The notes beneath the pieces are model-generated. The model was not told the origin of the DNA. It saw only the letters and a list, made by a program, of their open reading frames with translations, and did no database searches. A stretch of DNA of 44,835 nt from Octopus bimaculoides (lineage: Eukaryota), in contig NC_068985.1 of assembly GCF_001194135.2 (NCBI RefSeq), positions 116,089,936-116,134,770 on the forward strand. Reading direction: 5' to 3'. Of the stretch, positions 11,440 to 24,149 are shown in pieces. Position numbers and translations under genes: made by a program. Position 1 is the first letter of the stretch. Every line of letters starts with the position of its first letter.

Positions 11440-12635
11440 AAAAAAGCAGAAGCAAGAGACATGTGTACACATAAGTACCACAGTTACATCTAAATATAAA
11501 ATCCTCTAGCAAGTGTCAGCACTCGTGTGATCGGTCTCGAATTACAATTTAGAGTGGTTACCAGTCTCGAAGTGAATGGTAATAAATTTGCTTCTAATAT
11601 AAGATAGGAACCGTTAACTCGACTAGATTTACCACGTTCTTTATTTCACAACATATAATGATATCCAATTTCTTCGTAATTGGGAAAGGAAAGAGTGTTT
11701 GACACCCTGATAAACCTGCAGGCACCTCCCAGTAGCCATTCCACTCTTCGTCTCTCACATTGACTTTCATCTTCTTGAAAAGGATCTGCTGTTCTGAGCC
11801 CACGAAGGTAAGGAAATTTCTGGTTGGTTCTTTCAATGCTTATTTTGTGACTGTTGATGAGAGCAATATGGTTCTTTAAAGCATCGAAGATAACCTTAAG
11901 GATTAGATTGTGTTTCCATGTATGCCTATTCAATGCCAGTGAACATCTAGAAAGAATATGTTTCAGTGTTCCAACTTTTGGGCATCTGCATATATCACTT
12001 TCTGAGACGTTCCATCTTACTAGAATTGTAGGCGATGGCAAGACATCGTGGGATGAACGAATCAGAAAACTTAGCCGTGATGTAGTCCACAGCCATATCT
12101 CATTCCAGCTTACTGTTTTCTTAACAGCGCTTTCCTCCCATTTCTTCATCTGTCCTTCTTGGGCGCATTATATCAAATGAAGCACTCTTCGTTTTGTTTC
12201 CTTTGCTTTGATGCAGTTTGTAACAAAAGATCTGCGGTCCATCTGCATCATTCTTGCAAACGGTCTAAACCGATCTGCACCATACCCAGTTCCCTTCCGA
12301 TGAATTTGCGTTGCATCCACCATATCTCGGTGTTTAAGGGAAAACAAGATGTCATCAGCCTCTGCTTCTGCTTTCCACCTCCTGGCTGTTTTTACATCTG
12401 GTGGATTACACCTGATTTCTATATCCTTCGACTCTCCCAGCATCATCACCGTTCGTACCTTCTCTAGGTTATATATTTTAACTATTGATGCTAGAGGTAA
12501 CTGCAACGGGCGTCTTTTACGATAGAGAGATGAACTGTTCAATATAGAAGACATATATCCAATACCTAGCCACTTTCTAATGAACACATTGGCCACAAAA
12601 GGCGTGGATACATGCCTGATTGTTAGCACCATATT
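11440..12635 (-). mobile_element. 5'-truncated HERO-like non-LTR retrotransposon with restriction-like endonuclease (pseudogene)
   Basis: Frameshifted ORFs 12632-12168, 12149-11646 and 11836-11594 read IRKWLG..LQLPLAS..VKTARRWKAE, RLSFLIRSSHDVLPSP..RW, a CCHC-type knuckle remnant CRCPKVGTLKHILSRC..HTWKHN, and the RLE motif LDIIIC..LVELTVP. ARGF follows at 11499-11510. This motif order is that of HERO-type elements as I recall them. Confidence 0.85.
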
Positions 12636-12689
12636 TTATATTTATCTGGCAGTTTTGAGCTATCAATCGATGTTAACCCAAGGAATGGC

Positions 12690-13385
12690 AGTAGAAGTAT
12701 AGAGTCAATTATGTTGCAAAGACTTTTGAGGTGGGGCGATATTTGGTAAAGATGAGTGATGAGCGTCTGCCCAAGCAGCTATTGTATGGTAAGCTGGAAG
12801 ATGGCAGGAGACCAGCACATAGGCCTAAGCTAAGGTTTAAGAATTGCCTTAAAATACAGACAGGAATTGCAGCTGGTAATTGGGAGAGGGGACACAAGTC
12901 TGTGATGGATGGAGGAAGATAGTGCATGATGGTTGTTCAAGGTTTGACAGGGACAGAGTAAAGTATGAGAGAATTAGGAGGGAGCTTAGAAGTGGGGAAC
13001 CTGTGGAAAGTGAGAGAGCGTTGCTTTCTATGTGTGTGGTTTGTGGGCAGATGTGTTTGAGACGTGCAGGCTTGGTGAGCCATCAACATTCTCATAGAAA
13101 TCGACCCAAGATAAACAATGAGGTAGCTATTAAAATTCATAGCAGAACATGTGTAAAATGTGGAAGGGTGTGCCTCTCAGAAGTCTAAAAAGACATATTA
13201 AGAGAGTGCATAGAGTGGCACCTGTTTCTCCTGCCAACCAGCACAGTTGTCTAGTATGTAATAAAATGTGTAAAAGCTTGGCCAGGCTTAAAAGTTATAT
13301 AAGGGCATCACAACGCAACAATCATGAATCATTTCAGCAAGTGTTCTTGGCAATGGCTTTTCTCGTGTAACAAGGATGCAGCCGT
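12690..13385 (+). mobile_element. 5'-truncated RTE/RTE-X-like LINE 3' end with three C2H2-type zinc fingers (pseudogene)
   Basis: SIESIMLQRLLRW/GRYLVKMSDERLPKQLLYGKLEDGRRP..RPKLRFKNCLK..WRKIV..G..RF is the RTE C-terminal signature. Fingers at ~13033-13095, ~13150-13211 and ~13248-13310. Confidence 0.85.
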
Positions 13386-13389
13386 GATA

Positions 13390-13545
13390 ACTGGCTTCTT
13401 TCAGTTTCCTTTTACCAAATCCTCTCATGAGACTTTGATTTGTATGAAGCTATATTAGGAGGTATTTGGCCATGGTGCGACGCAGTGGGACTCAACCCGG
13501 AAATATTGGTTGGAAGGAAACTCCTGTACCACACAGCCATGCCTT
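13390..13545 (-). mobile_element. SINE family C head+core
   Basis: ggcttctttcagtttcc..accaaatcc..gcagtgggactcaacccggaa..accacacagccatgcct. Confidence 0.75.
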
Positions 13546-13600
13546 TCTGTTTTTATATGTGCGTATGTGTATGTGGGATGTGTGTACATCTACGTGTATG

Positions 13601-13637
<37 letters not shown>

Positions 13638-13639
13638 CG

Positions 13640-13775
13640 TACTTCATTCAATCAAGTTCACCCACCAGTCATATGTCGGCCCGGGGCTATAGTAAAAGAC
13701 ACATATCCAAGGTATAAAGTAGTGGGACTGAACGCCAATCCACGTGGTTGCAAAGTGATCTTTGTGAATCATAGA
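13640..13775 (-). mobile_element. SINE family C fragment (degraded)
   Basis: gtcggcccggggctatagtaaaagacac..gtgggactgaac..cacgtggttg. Confidence 0.6.
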
Positions 13776-14802
13776 AATACAAAATTTTAAAGGACAAAAC
13801 GAACAAAGAGAATTTTCTATAATCAAAACAAAATTTCTCGAACCGACGAATTACAAAGCTTAAGAAATATCTTTTATCTGGTCAAACGAAATACTACAGA
13901 CATACCAACTGAACATCTTTGGTATTAAACACTATTTTCTTCAAAAGTCAATTAAGATAGTGTATTATGCTATCAATTAAAATACTGATTATTCTATAAC
14001 TCACTAAAATACAGGAAATGGCTGTCGTTTTGAAATTCGTTTGCTTAATCAGTGCTTACCTGGGGGTAAACAACTACCGAAAGTAACGCACAACAAAGGA
14101 ACACATACATATTTTCTCAAACCATATCCTGATGCAAACAAACGCTGTATGATACATTGGTATCTATACAGATGCATTCACTGGCACCCGTATAAATATA
14201 TATTTAGTTAAGCACATACCAAAATATATAGAATTGACATTTTACGATGAATAAGCACTACGTCTGCGGCAGGATAAGTCTATATATTCTGTTGGTGATT
14301 CGACCTAATGCAAACATCAATATTATTTCGATACACTTTATGTAGAAACTAAAATGCACACAGTCAATATTATAACAATATATACTTGTGTATACGTGTG
14401 TATACATATATACATACGTAGAAGTATATATATGTTTGTGTGTGTGTGTGTGTTTGTGAGTGTATATGTGCGTATGAATATATGTGGGTGTTTTTGTGTG
14501 TATGTATATATGTATATGTATGTGTGTATGTATTCATACGATTATGAATACAGTTTGTATATATGCAATTCTATACGCACTTATATAGTTTCACACATAC
14601 ACAGATACACACATAAATACTGCATAGACTTGCAATATTCTTGAAATATGTGATTGAAATGTAAACACATATACAAATTCGTAGGTACATAACTATACAC
14701 AAAAACTGGACGTATATGTGTGTGTGTGTGCGTAAATATACATATATATATGCATATAAAAGCATATTTATATGTACATGTATTTGTATATAAGTGTGTA
14801 TA

Positions 14803-14850
<48 letters not shown>

Positions 14851-15225
14851 AGTGGGTGTGTATGTATGTATGTAATATGTATATGTATATATGTATGTAA
14901 TATATATATATATGTACATATATATATGTATGTAGCCACGTATGTATATGTATATTCGTNNNNNNNNNNNNNNNNNNNNNNNNNNNNNNNNNNNNNNNNN
15001 NNNNNNNNNNNNNNNNNNNNNNNNNNNNNNNNNNNNNNNNNNNNNNNNNNNNNNNNNNNNNNNNNNNNNNNNNNNNNNNNNNNNNNNNNNNNNNNNNNNN
15101 NNNNNNNNNNNNNNNNNNNNNNNNNNNNNNNNNNNNNNNNNNNNNNNNNNNNNNNNNNNNNNNNNNNNNNNNNNNNNNNNNNNNNNNNNNNNNNNNNNNN
15201 NNNNNNNNTATATGTATGTATGTAT

Positions 15226-15280
<55 letters not shown>

Positions 15281-15899
15281 TGTGTAGTAGTGACTACACA
15301 ATCGCATGTTATAGAATATTAACTACCTGCGCCTGCGCTTAGCACCATAGCGTTGAAAGAGATTGTCTAAAATCAAATATCGAACGGCGATTCTCAACTG
15401 TTGATGCCAACCATCAGGGAGTGAAATGGAAAACAGAAGAGAGTGAAGGGGTAAGCTGTACGAGATGAGTAGAATATGAGAAATATATTAAAATGTGAGG
15501 GAGAATTAGAGAAGTAGTGGGGTTGGTGGCGGTGGTAAAATAGAAGATGGGTGTTGCAGACACATTAGACAGCGAAACAAATATTGACATTGGCATGGAA
15601 TCATGTATGGATCGGAACAGTTGTTTGGCAGCAATTCAAACTGGTTCTCCTGTTGTTCTATCATAATGTAATAGTGGTTAGTCCAGGCTCAGACATTCAG
15701 CAGATAGACGTAATAAACAAAACTTTATATTGATGGGAAAATATCTGAAAATATTGTTGGTAAAGACGAGGAGGATGATCATAATGATGATAATAAAGTT
15801 GAATGATGATGACGATGAGGAGAAGGGAGAGGAGGAAACGGAAAAGGGGGAAGGTGGAAAAGAGGAGAAAGTCTACAACGACGGTGATGATGATTATAT

Positions 15900-15942
15900 T
15901 AATGATAATACTAATAATAATAATAATGACAATAATAATATT

Positions 15943-16002
<60 letters not shown>
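15900..16002. repeat. (AAT)n microsatellite
   Basis: Read directly. Confidence 0.95.
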
Positions 16003-16189
16003 TACGCTCATGGAACTTTTAAGGCATTGCAAAATACAATAAATAAAAATAATACACGCTAATATGTACAGGTATGCATGCTTACATATATATATATATG
16101 TGTGTGTGTGTGTACATGCGTATACTCATACTTTCGTATATGTGAATGGGTGTTTGTGCGTGTATGTAGATGTTTGTATATATGCATAC

Positions 16190-16243
<54 letters not shown>

Positions 16244-17039
16244 NNNNNNNNNNNNNNNNNNNNNNNNNNNNNNNNNNNNNNNNNNNNNNNNNNNNNNNNN
16301 NNNNNNNNNNNNNNNNNNNNNNNNNNNNNNNNNNNNNNNNNNNNNNNNNNNTATATATATATATATATATACATATATATGTATACATTTTGTGTGTAGA
16401 TAGGTAGTTAGGTAGTTAGGTTGGTAGGTATGTATGTAGGTAGGTAGGTAGGTAGGTAGGTAGGTACAGCATGGAAACAATTAATGCAAAATAATAAAGA
16501 CAACACTACACGGACAATATTTAACGAATGTTCTATGAATAAGCTTAACACTTCATATGGTTGGCAAGAGTTTTGGCTTTTCGGATACCAGTTATTCATC
16601 AGAAAATTAAAGGAACAACGTTGAAAGAGAAAAACTGACTGGATGAAAGTAAAAAGCAATAAATTTATCTAGTGGGTCAGGCGCCACGCTTAAAAGTGTT
16701 TCTATGAGGGAATTAAGAATGGCAATGTAAATTTAAAAGTGTGCGCTTATAGAAATGTATATGCGTATTAAGATTAGGATAACGAGGTAGGTGTGTTTAT
16801 GAGTTTTGGTGGGGCGTGTGTATGCGGGAGAACTCTGGTATTGTGGATATTTAGTGACGAGAGGTTATCGGTGGTGTGGTTTGTTGGTATGTGGTATGTG
16901 TAATTGTACTGCGTATGAGAAAGGTGCGCTTGAACGCTGTATAAACAAGCATTTACCATATACATACAGACACTCACATACTATAATATATTCCCATGCA
17001 CATATATACATACGCACAAAGTTATATATATTTGCAACT

Positions 17040-17061
17040 ATCTATCTATCTATCCATCTAC

Positions 17062-17115
<54 letters not shown>

Positions 17116-17148
17116 GTCTATCTCTCTCTCTCTCTCTCTCCTCTCTCT
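17040..17148. repeat. Compound (TATC)n-(TC)n microsatellite
   Basis: Read directly. Similar compounds at 30878-31030, 31130-31235 and 39835-40050. Confidence 0.95.
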
Positions 17149-19382
17149 NNNNNNNNNNNNNNNNNNNNNNNNNNNNNNNNNNNNNNNNNNNNNNNNNNNN
17201 NNNNNNNNNNNNNNNNNNNNNNNNNNNNNNNNNNNNNNNNNNNNNNNNNNNNNNNNNNNNNNNNNNNNNNNNNNNNNNNNNNNNNNNNNNNNNNNNNNNN
17301 NNNNNNNNNNNNNNNNNNNNNNNNNNNNNNNNNNNNNNNNNNNNNNNNNNNNNNNNNNNNNNNNNNNNNNNNNNNNNNNNNNNNNNNNNNNNNNNNNNNN
17401 NNNNNNNNNNNNNNNNNNNNNNNNNNNNNNNNNNNNNNNNNNNNNNNNNNNNNNNNNNNNNNNNNNNNNNNNNNNNNNNNNNNNNNNNNNNNNNNNNNNN
17501 NNNNNNNNNNNNNNNNNNNNNNNNNNNNNNNNNNNNNNNNNNNNNNNNNNNNNNNNNNNNNNNNNNNNNNNNNNNNNNNNNNNNNNNNNNNNNNNNNNNN
17601 NNNNNNNNNNNNNNNNNNNNNNNNNNNNNNNNNNATATATATATATATATATATATACATTCACATACACATACGCATATATATGTGCACTCACATTGAT
17701 ACATATGTATACATATACTTATTAACTTATATGTAATGTATATTTGGAATACCCTAAATATTTTGTGAAAGATCTGTTCCCCCATTCTGTCGAGGCATAC
17801 GTGGCGCTGCTCAATAGTTATGACTGTATTCGTGCCATTTCTAATGAGGCTGCTGCTTTCCTCTTATCCCCGTTGTTATGTGCAGCCCTAAGGTCATTCG
17901 TTAATAATTACTCTGCTTCCCACTCCATCGGCCACCTGGAATTTCCTACTTGATCGTGCCTTTTTCACGGTGTTGGATTTTCGAAATTGCTTAACACGAA
18001 TAATAATGACATCGGTCTCAGTGGTTAAGGATCTCTAGTGAGACTCTCTTCCTCCGGACACACACTCAGATATTTATGTATATAAAAAGAGATGCAGACA
18101 CACAGGCAGAGACAGAGAGAGAATTGCATTATAATTTGCTTGAAATATTGCAATGCATAAATGATAAAAAGCATTGAATTATGCAGGTGAGAATCTGGGC
18201 AAAATATTTAAGGTGAATTAATGAGATGAAAACAAAGTGATGTAAAATAATTGTAATATCTTACAAATGTTGTTTAATCAGCCTATAATATTTTGACAAA
18301 GATACCCTATTACAAATAGAAAATATATTTGTAAAGGGTATGTTATAGAGTTAGGAGAAATATATTGTTACCGACAGACAAAACGAAAGTGTTGTGATGA
18401 CGCACTCAAAATGTCTGTGGTGCTATTATGAATTGTGGAGGGGATTCGAGAGCGTATTTTAATAGGGTTGTAACTGCATATTTCTCAGAACTCCTTGGCT
18501 ATTTTTCTTTCTCCCAATCGGTAAGTTGAATATTATAGTGCTACTTGTAAAATACTCAACGAAAAGTAATTCATCTTTCGTCTTTGCTTTTATTTAGTGG
18601 CATCAAATTATATATTTAGCTTAACTTAACATTTGGAACACCGTAAAGATTTTTCAAGCGTGTATGCCATATATATTCTACAAATATTCATGCGCATATT
18701 CTTGTGTCCGTGTGTGCGTGTTTATGCAAACATACACGTACATATATGTGTACAAAGATGCATCCATACGCACATACATACATTCGTATATACTTAACTA
18801 TATACATACATGCACTGAACACGTACAAAAGCCATCTCTTTTTTATTTCAAATGCCATCGCAATTTGAATTTGTATTAAATGAACTCTGGAGTGACTTCG
18901 TAGGACCCTTTATGTGTATTCTATATCAAAACTTCCACTCGTTTCTATTTATATGAATGCTAAGATTTATTTTTCCATTTTCCTTTCTGTATCCTGGGAT
19001 CATCTTCAAGAACCGCACACAAATTCACACATCACACATATGTTAAATAGTTTTGCTACGGATCAACTTCATATTTTCACATTGACTGTTTGAATACGTT
19101 AATTTTTACCTCAGATTATTTTAAGTACCAAGTGTTAGGCCTTATCACGACTGCGTCTGTGTGCTTATGTAAGTGTATCTATAAGTATCTGTGTGGGATG
19201 GTTTGTGTGTGGGGGCGTTTGTGCGTAGGGGTGCTTGTTTGTGTATGTATGTGAGTGTGTATGTGTGTTGTGCTTGTGGGTGGGCTGTCACAGACTAATG
19301 TCGCATATGTGTGGCTAAATACATCGAATTCCATCGCACGAATCTTTGTAACAATGGCCCTACCAGTACAGTTTAACACACC

Positions 19383-19499
19383 TTCTTCTTCTTCTTCTCC
19401 TTCTTCTTCTTCTTCTTCTTCTTCTTCTTCTTCTTCTTCTTCTTCTTCTTCTTCTTCTTCTTCTTCTTCTTCTTCTTCTTCTTCTTCTTCTTCTTCTTC
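19383..19499. repeat. (CTT)n microsatellite
   Basis: Read directly; source of the poly-E/poly-S ORFs. Confidence 0.97.
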
Positions 19500-20914
19500 N
19501 NNNNNNNNNNNNNNNNNNNNNNNNNNNNNNNNNNNNNNNNNNNNNNNNNNNNNNNNNNNNNNNNNNNNNNNNNNNNNNNNNNNNNNNNNNNNNNNNNNNN
19601 NNNNNNNNNNNNNNNNNNNNNNNNNNNNNNNNNNNNNNNNNNNNNNNNNNNNNNNNNNNNNNNNNNNNNNNNNNNNNNNNNNNNNNNNNNNNNNNNNNNN
19701 NNNNNNNNNNNNNNNNNNNNNNNNNNNNNNNNNNNNNNNNNNNNNNNNNNNNNNNNNNNNNNNNNNNNNNNNNNNNNNNNNNNNNNNNNNNNNNNNNNNN
19801 NNNNNNNNNNNNNNNNNNNNNNNNNNNNNNNNNNNNNNNNNNNNNNNNNNNNNNNNNNNNNNNNNNNNNNNNNNNNNNNNNNNNNNNNNNNNNNNNNNNN
19901 NNNNNNNNNNNNNNNNNNNNNNNNNNNNNNNNNNNNNNNNNNNNNNNNNNNNNNNNNNNNNNNNNNNNNNNNNNNNNNNNNNNNNNNNNNNNNNNNNNNN
20001 NNNNNNNNNNNNNNNNNNNNNNNNNNNNNNNNNNNNNNNNNNNNNNNNNNNNNNNNNNNNNNNNNNNNNNNNNNNNNNNNNNNNNNNNNNNNNNNNNNNN
20101 NNNNNNNNNNNNNNNNNNNNNNNNNNNNNNNNNNNNNNNNNNNNNNNNNNNNNNNNNNNNNNNNNNNNNNNNNNNNNNNNNNNNNNNNNNNNNNNNNNNN
20201 NGCTAGTAATGTATATATATATATATATATACCTGACTCCGTGTGTGTGTTTCATATGTTGTAAAAGAATGGTATTTTATTCTAATACAATGAAGAATAT
20301 AATTCATAAATTACATTTTTACTACGCGTATAAATTTGTCCTATATAATTACTATTCTTACTATAGAATTTTGTTGTGTGTTTATTTATTGGACATATGT
20401 CAATTGATATCTCAGTAAGAAATATTAATGTTGAATACAATTATATATTTAAATATGAATTCAATAGTTAGGCTGCAATTCATTGAGATAAATTTAATAT
20501 TTTTAATGAGAAATTATAAATATAAATGAAATAATATTTTGTATTAATTCTTTCGTGATTATAATTATTTGCTAAATGGTACTATAATTATACGTTAATT
20601 ATAATTATATGCTACAATATCAGATACACAAATATAAGATATATGTATGTGTGTGTTTGTGTGTATGTTGTGTGTCGGTGTACGTGCAAACAATGATGGA
20701 TGATGAGACTAAATAGAGGGAGAAGGGAAAAGGAGTTGAAGCAGGAGATATTAACATAGCTTATGATAAACTGAGATAATGTAATAACGTTGTTACCAGG
20801 GTGTTGTTATAACACAACCAAATAGAAAGAACAAGTCAAATAACATAAACAGGATAATTAACACAATATATTGTTCTGATTAACTTATAATTTTATGCCA
20901 CGTTTATTGTTGTT

Positions 20915-21140
20915 AGTGGCGTAGTGATTGCAGTGTTACTCTCATGATCGTATGATTGCGATTTCGATGCTCGCGCTCAGCGGTGTGTTTTGTTCTTCAG
21001 CAAAATACTTCATTTTTCGTTGCTACAGTTCATTCGGTTGGAAACGAGTAAGCTGCAACAGATCGGAGCCCTGTCCAGGATAAATGAAGAGAGCTCAGTT
21101 TGTTATACGCTATCAAAACAGTATAACTGTCTTGATGAGA
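20915..21140 (+). mobile_element. SINE family B (degraded)
   Basis: tggcgtagtg..ctcatgatcgtatgattgcgatttcgatgc..ttgttcttcagcaaaatacttcat, homologous to 7979-8197. Confidence 0.6.
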
Positions 21141-21609
21141 CTCAGGGTGGCAAGGTAATCTTTGTTTTCATATTTATAAAAATAAAATTGTAGTTCTTAT
21201 TTCGTTTAGAGTATAGTCGTGGATTCTCCAACAATTTTCCAACGTTGATCATCCATTTGTTCTATAAAGGGTATTTTTTTTGCATAAAAAGTATTCTACA
21301 ACCACCTGTATATTTCACATGAGCATTAATCTGAAACTGAGTAATGCAAGAACTGTCTTCTTTTTTTAATTACAGGCGGAAGCTAGAAGGAGAGAGAGAG
21401 AGTGAGAAAGAGAGAGGCAAAGAGAGAGAGAGAGAGTGAGAAATGAAGAGCCAGGGAGTGAGGAGAAAGAGAGAGATTAATGAAGAATTGACTCCCAGTA
21501 CCGATCCTGAAAGAAAGAATGAAATATGGTGTGGCCCTTAGACCGATTTAAACACATGGGCAAGAGATAGAAAAAAATAACGATTTCAAAATTTGGTTTA
21601 AGGCAAGGA

Positions 21610-21760
21610 ATTTGATTAATTCTAACACTGCGACTAACTGGTACTTTATTTTATCGACTCCGAAAGGATGAAAGGAAGAGTCGACAACTGCCGGAGTTGA
21701 GCTAATGCGAAAATTACCCGGAAGAAAAAACGTCAAAGATTCGGCCAACTCACCACCTTA
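21610..21760 (-). mobile_element. SINE family A (degraded)
   Basis: aactggtactttattttatcgactccgaaaggatgaaagg..gtcgac..ccaactcaccacctta. Confidence 0.7.
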
Positions 21761-21867
21761 GCCATAACAAATAGGACATCGTATTAACCCCGACGTGTCC
21801 ACGAGTCGTCGAAATCACCAGCTTATTTAGCATACAGCCATATATAGTGAAAAGCAGTAAGTAATAT

Positions 21868-22238
21868 TAACTAGGGCATTCGAAGAGCGCAGACCTCCGC
21901 CAAGACAACACCAAAATTCTCTCAATGATTAGCCACCGATGATTTTTAAAATGAGAATATTTGAAATAAACTCGACTGTCTCACAAAGGCGAATACTAAA
22001 CATGAATCTGACCGCTCTCAAAAATTAAGTAAAATAACAGGAAACAATAATGAAAAATCCTTGTCCGGTACTGGGTCAATCCTCAAATCTATTTGGTTTG
22101 TGCCAGTTACGAGGCCAAACATCCCTGTTTCATCCGAATTCATCCAACAGTTCTTCAGATATCTTGTCCACGGACAGACAAACAAATAAACACGGCTGAA
22201 AAACAATACCTCCACCTTCGTAAAGGCAGAGGTAATTA
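21868..22238 (+). mobile_element. Non-autonomous Helentron/DINE-1 (HINE, pearl-like) element
   Basis: 5' subterminal acctccgcc (21893-21901) is inverted relative to 3' ggcagaggt (22225-22233). A 3' stem-loop tacctccacctt-cgta-aaggcagaggta and a short acggacagacaaacaaataaac microsatellite lie just upstream of the end. Flanks are A/T-rich. Confidence 0.55.
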
Positions 22239-22816
22239 AAATTGCGAAATCGAAGGAAATTGTACGTAGTCGCATGCCTCGCTTAAGTAACAACCAGAGC
22301 ATACCGCGCAGAAAAGAAAAAAAAAAGAAAAGCATAATTTCACTTTCGATAAAGAGCATATTTGTCCGTCATAAAAGGGCGTATTTTTTATCATATCTCT
22401 CCACAGTCGTCGTCTTCATATCTCTACAAAGTCGTTGTTATCGTCTTCTTCATCTTCGTCGTCGCCGTTGTCATCATCATCACCACCATCTATCTGGCCA
22501 TCATCTTGCCCGGACTAAATAGGCGTATTAATCTTTCGATACCTGAATGTCTCACATTCGTAGGCCATGACAACAGACTGTAGCAGTAGTTCGCTAACTG
22601 AACTGTTAATGTACTCTCTGTTGACAGTTTGTTGACAGTTTGTTGACAGTTTAGTCGCGCAACGTATATGTTCGAACATATTCGCCATAAATTCATCTCC
22701 TGAAATAGTTCGCATTCACAATGTTGCGTCCCATAATTTCATCGTAACACAATCTCAGGTGGATACCGGATGCTACGCCTTACCAAGATAGCCTGTTGAC
22801 TTCAGAGTAGCGAGAG

Positions 22817-23505
22817 GTGATTCTTTCTCCAAAATATTGCCTCAGCAAGTGTATTGTCTCCCTTGCTGTATGAGCACATGCCTCATCTTGCTAGAACCAC
22901 ATATCGGGCATATTTTAAGTGACCGGGCGCAAAAAGTGGAGAAACACAGACACATAAAAACATACATAATACATACACACATATATATATATGACGGGTT
23001 TCTTTCAGTTTCCGTCTTCCAGATCCACTCACAAGGCGTTGTTTGACCCGAGGCTATACTAGAAATCACTTGCCCAAGGTAGCATACAGTGATATTGAAC
23101 CCAGATCCATGTGGTTGGGAAGCAAGATTCTTACCATGCAGACACTGCATATATGTATATACATATATACGTGATTCTTTCTCCAAAATATTGCCTCAGC
23201 AAGTGTATTGTCTCTCTTTCTGTATGAGCACTTGCCTCATCTTGCTAGAACCACATATCGGGCATATTTTAAGTGACCGGGCGCAAAAAGTGGGGAAACA
23301 CAGACACATAAAAACATACATAATACATGCACACATATATATATATATGACGGGTTTCGTTCAGTTTCCGTCTTCCAGATCCACTCACAAGGCGTTGTTT
23401 GGCCCGAGGCTATACTAGAAATCACTTGCCCAAGGTAGCATACAGTGATACTGAACCCAGATCCATGTGGTTGGGAAGCAATCTTCTTACCATGCAGACA
23501 CTACA

Positions 23506-23524
<19 letters not shown>
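22817..23524. repeat. 354-bp tandem duplication, each unit carrying a family C SINE head/core (minus strand)
   Basis: Unit 1 is 22817-23170; unit 2 starts at 23171. Hand comparison gives 11 substitutions plus one TA-unit length difference. Confidence 0.95.
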
Positions 23525-23540
<16 letters not shown>

Positions 23541-24113
23541 NNNNNNNNNNNNNNNNNNNNNNNNNNNNNNNNNNNNNNNNNNNNNNNNNNNNNNNNNNNN
23601 NNNNNNNNNNNNNNNNNNNNNNNNNNNNNNNNNNNNNNNNNNNNNNNNNNNNNNNNNNNNNNNNNNNNNNNNNNNNNNNNNNNNNNNNNNNNNNNNNNNN
23701 NNNNNNNNNNNNNNNNNNNNNNNNNNNNNNNNNNNNNNNNNNNNNNNNNNNNNNNNNNNNNNNNNNNNNNNNNNNNNNNNNNNNNNNNNNNNNNNNNNNN
23801 NNNNNNNNNNNNNNNNNNNNNNNNNNNNNNNNNNNNNNNNNNNNNNNNNNNNNNNNNNNNNNNNNNNNNNNNNNNNNNNNNNNNNNNNNNNNNNNNNNNN
23901 NNNNNNNNNNNNNNNNNNNNNNNNNNNNNNNNNNNNNNNNNNNNNNNNNNNNNNNNNNNNNNNNNNNNNNNNNNNNNNNNNNNNNNNNNNNNNNNNNNNN
24001 NNNNNNNNNNNNNNNNNNNNNNNNNNNNNNNNNNNNNNNNNNNNNNNNNNNNNNNNNNNNNNNNNNNNNNNNNNNNNNNNNNNNNNNNNNNNNNNNNNNN
24101 NNNNNNNNNNNNN

Positions 24114-24149
<36 letters not shown>

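Noticed and set aside
16490-16660. LHGQY-like peptide (RLE LINE) on plus, and CTGATGA..GAAA on minus at ~16565-16592
   Set aside because: No further LINE motifs follow. Stems I and II of the putative hammerhead do not pair.
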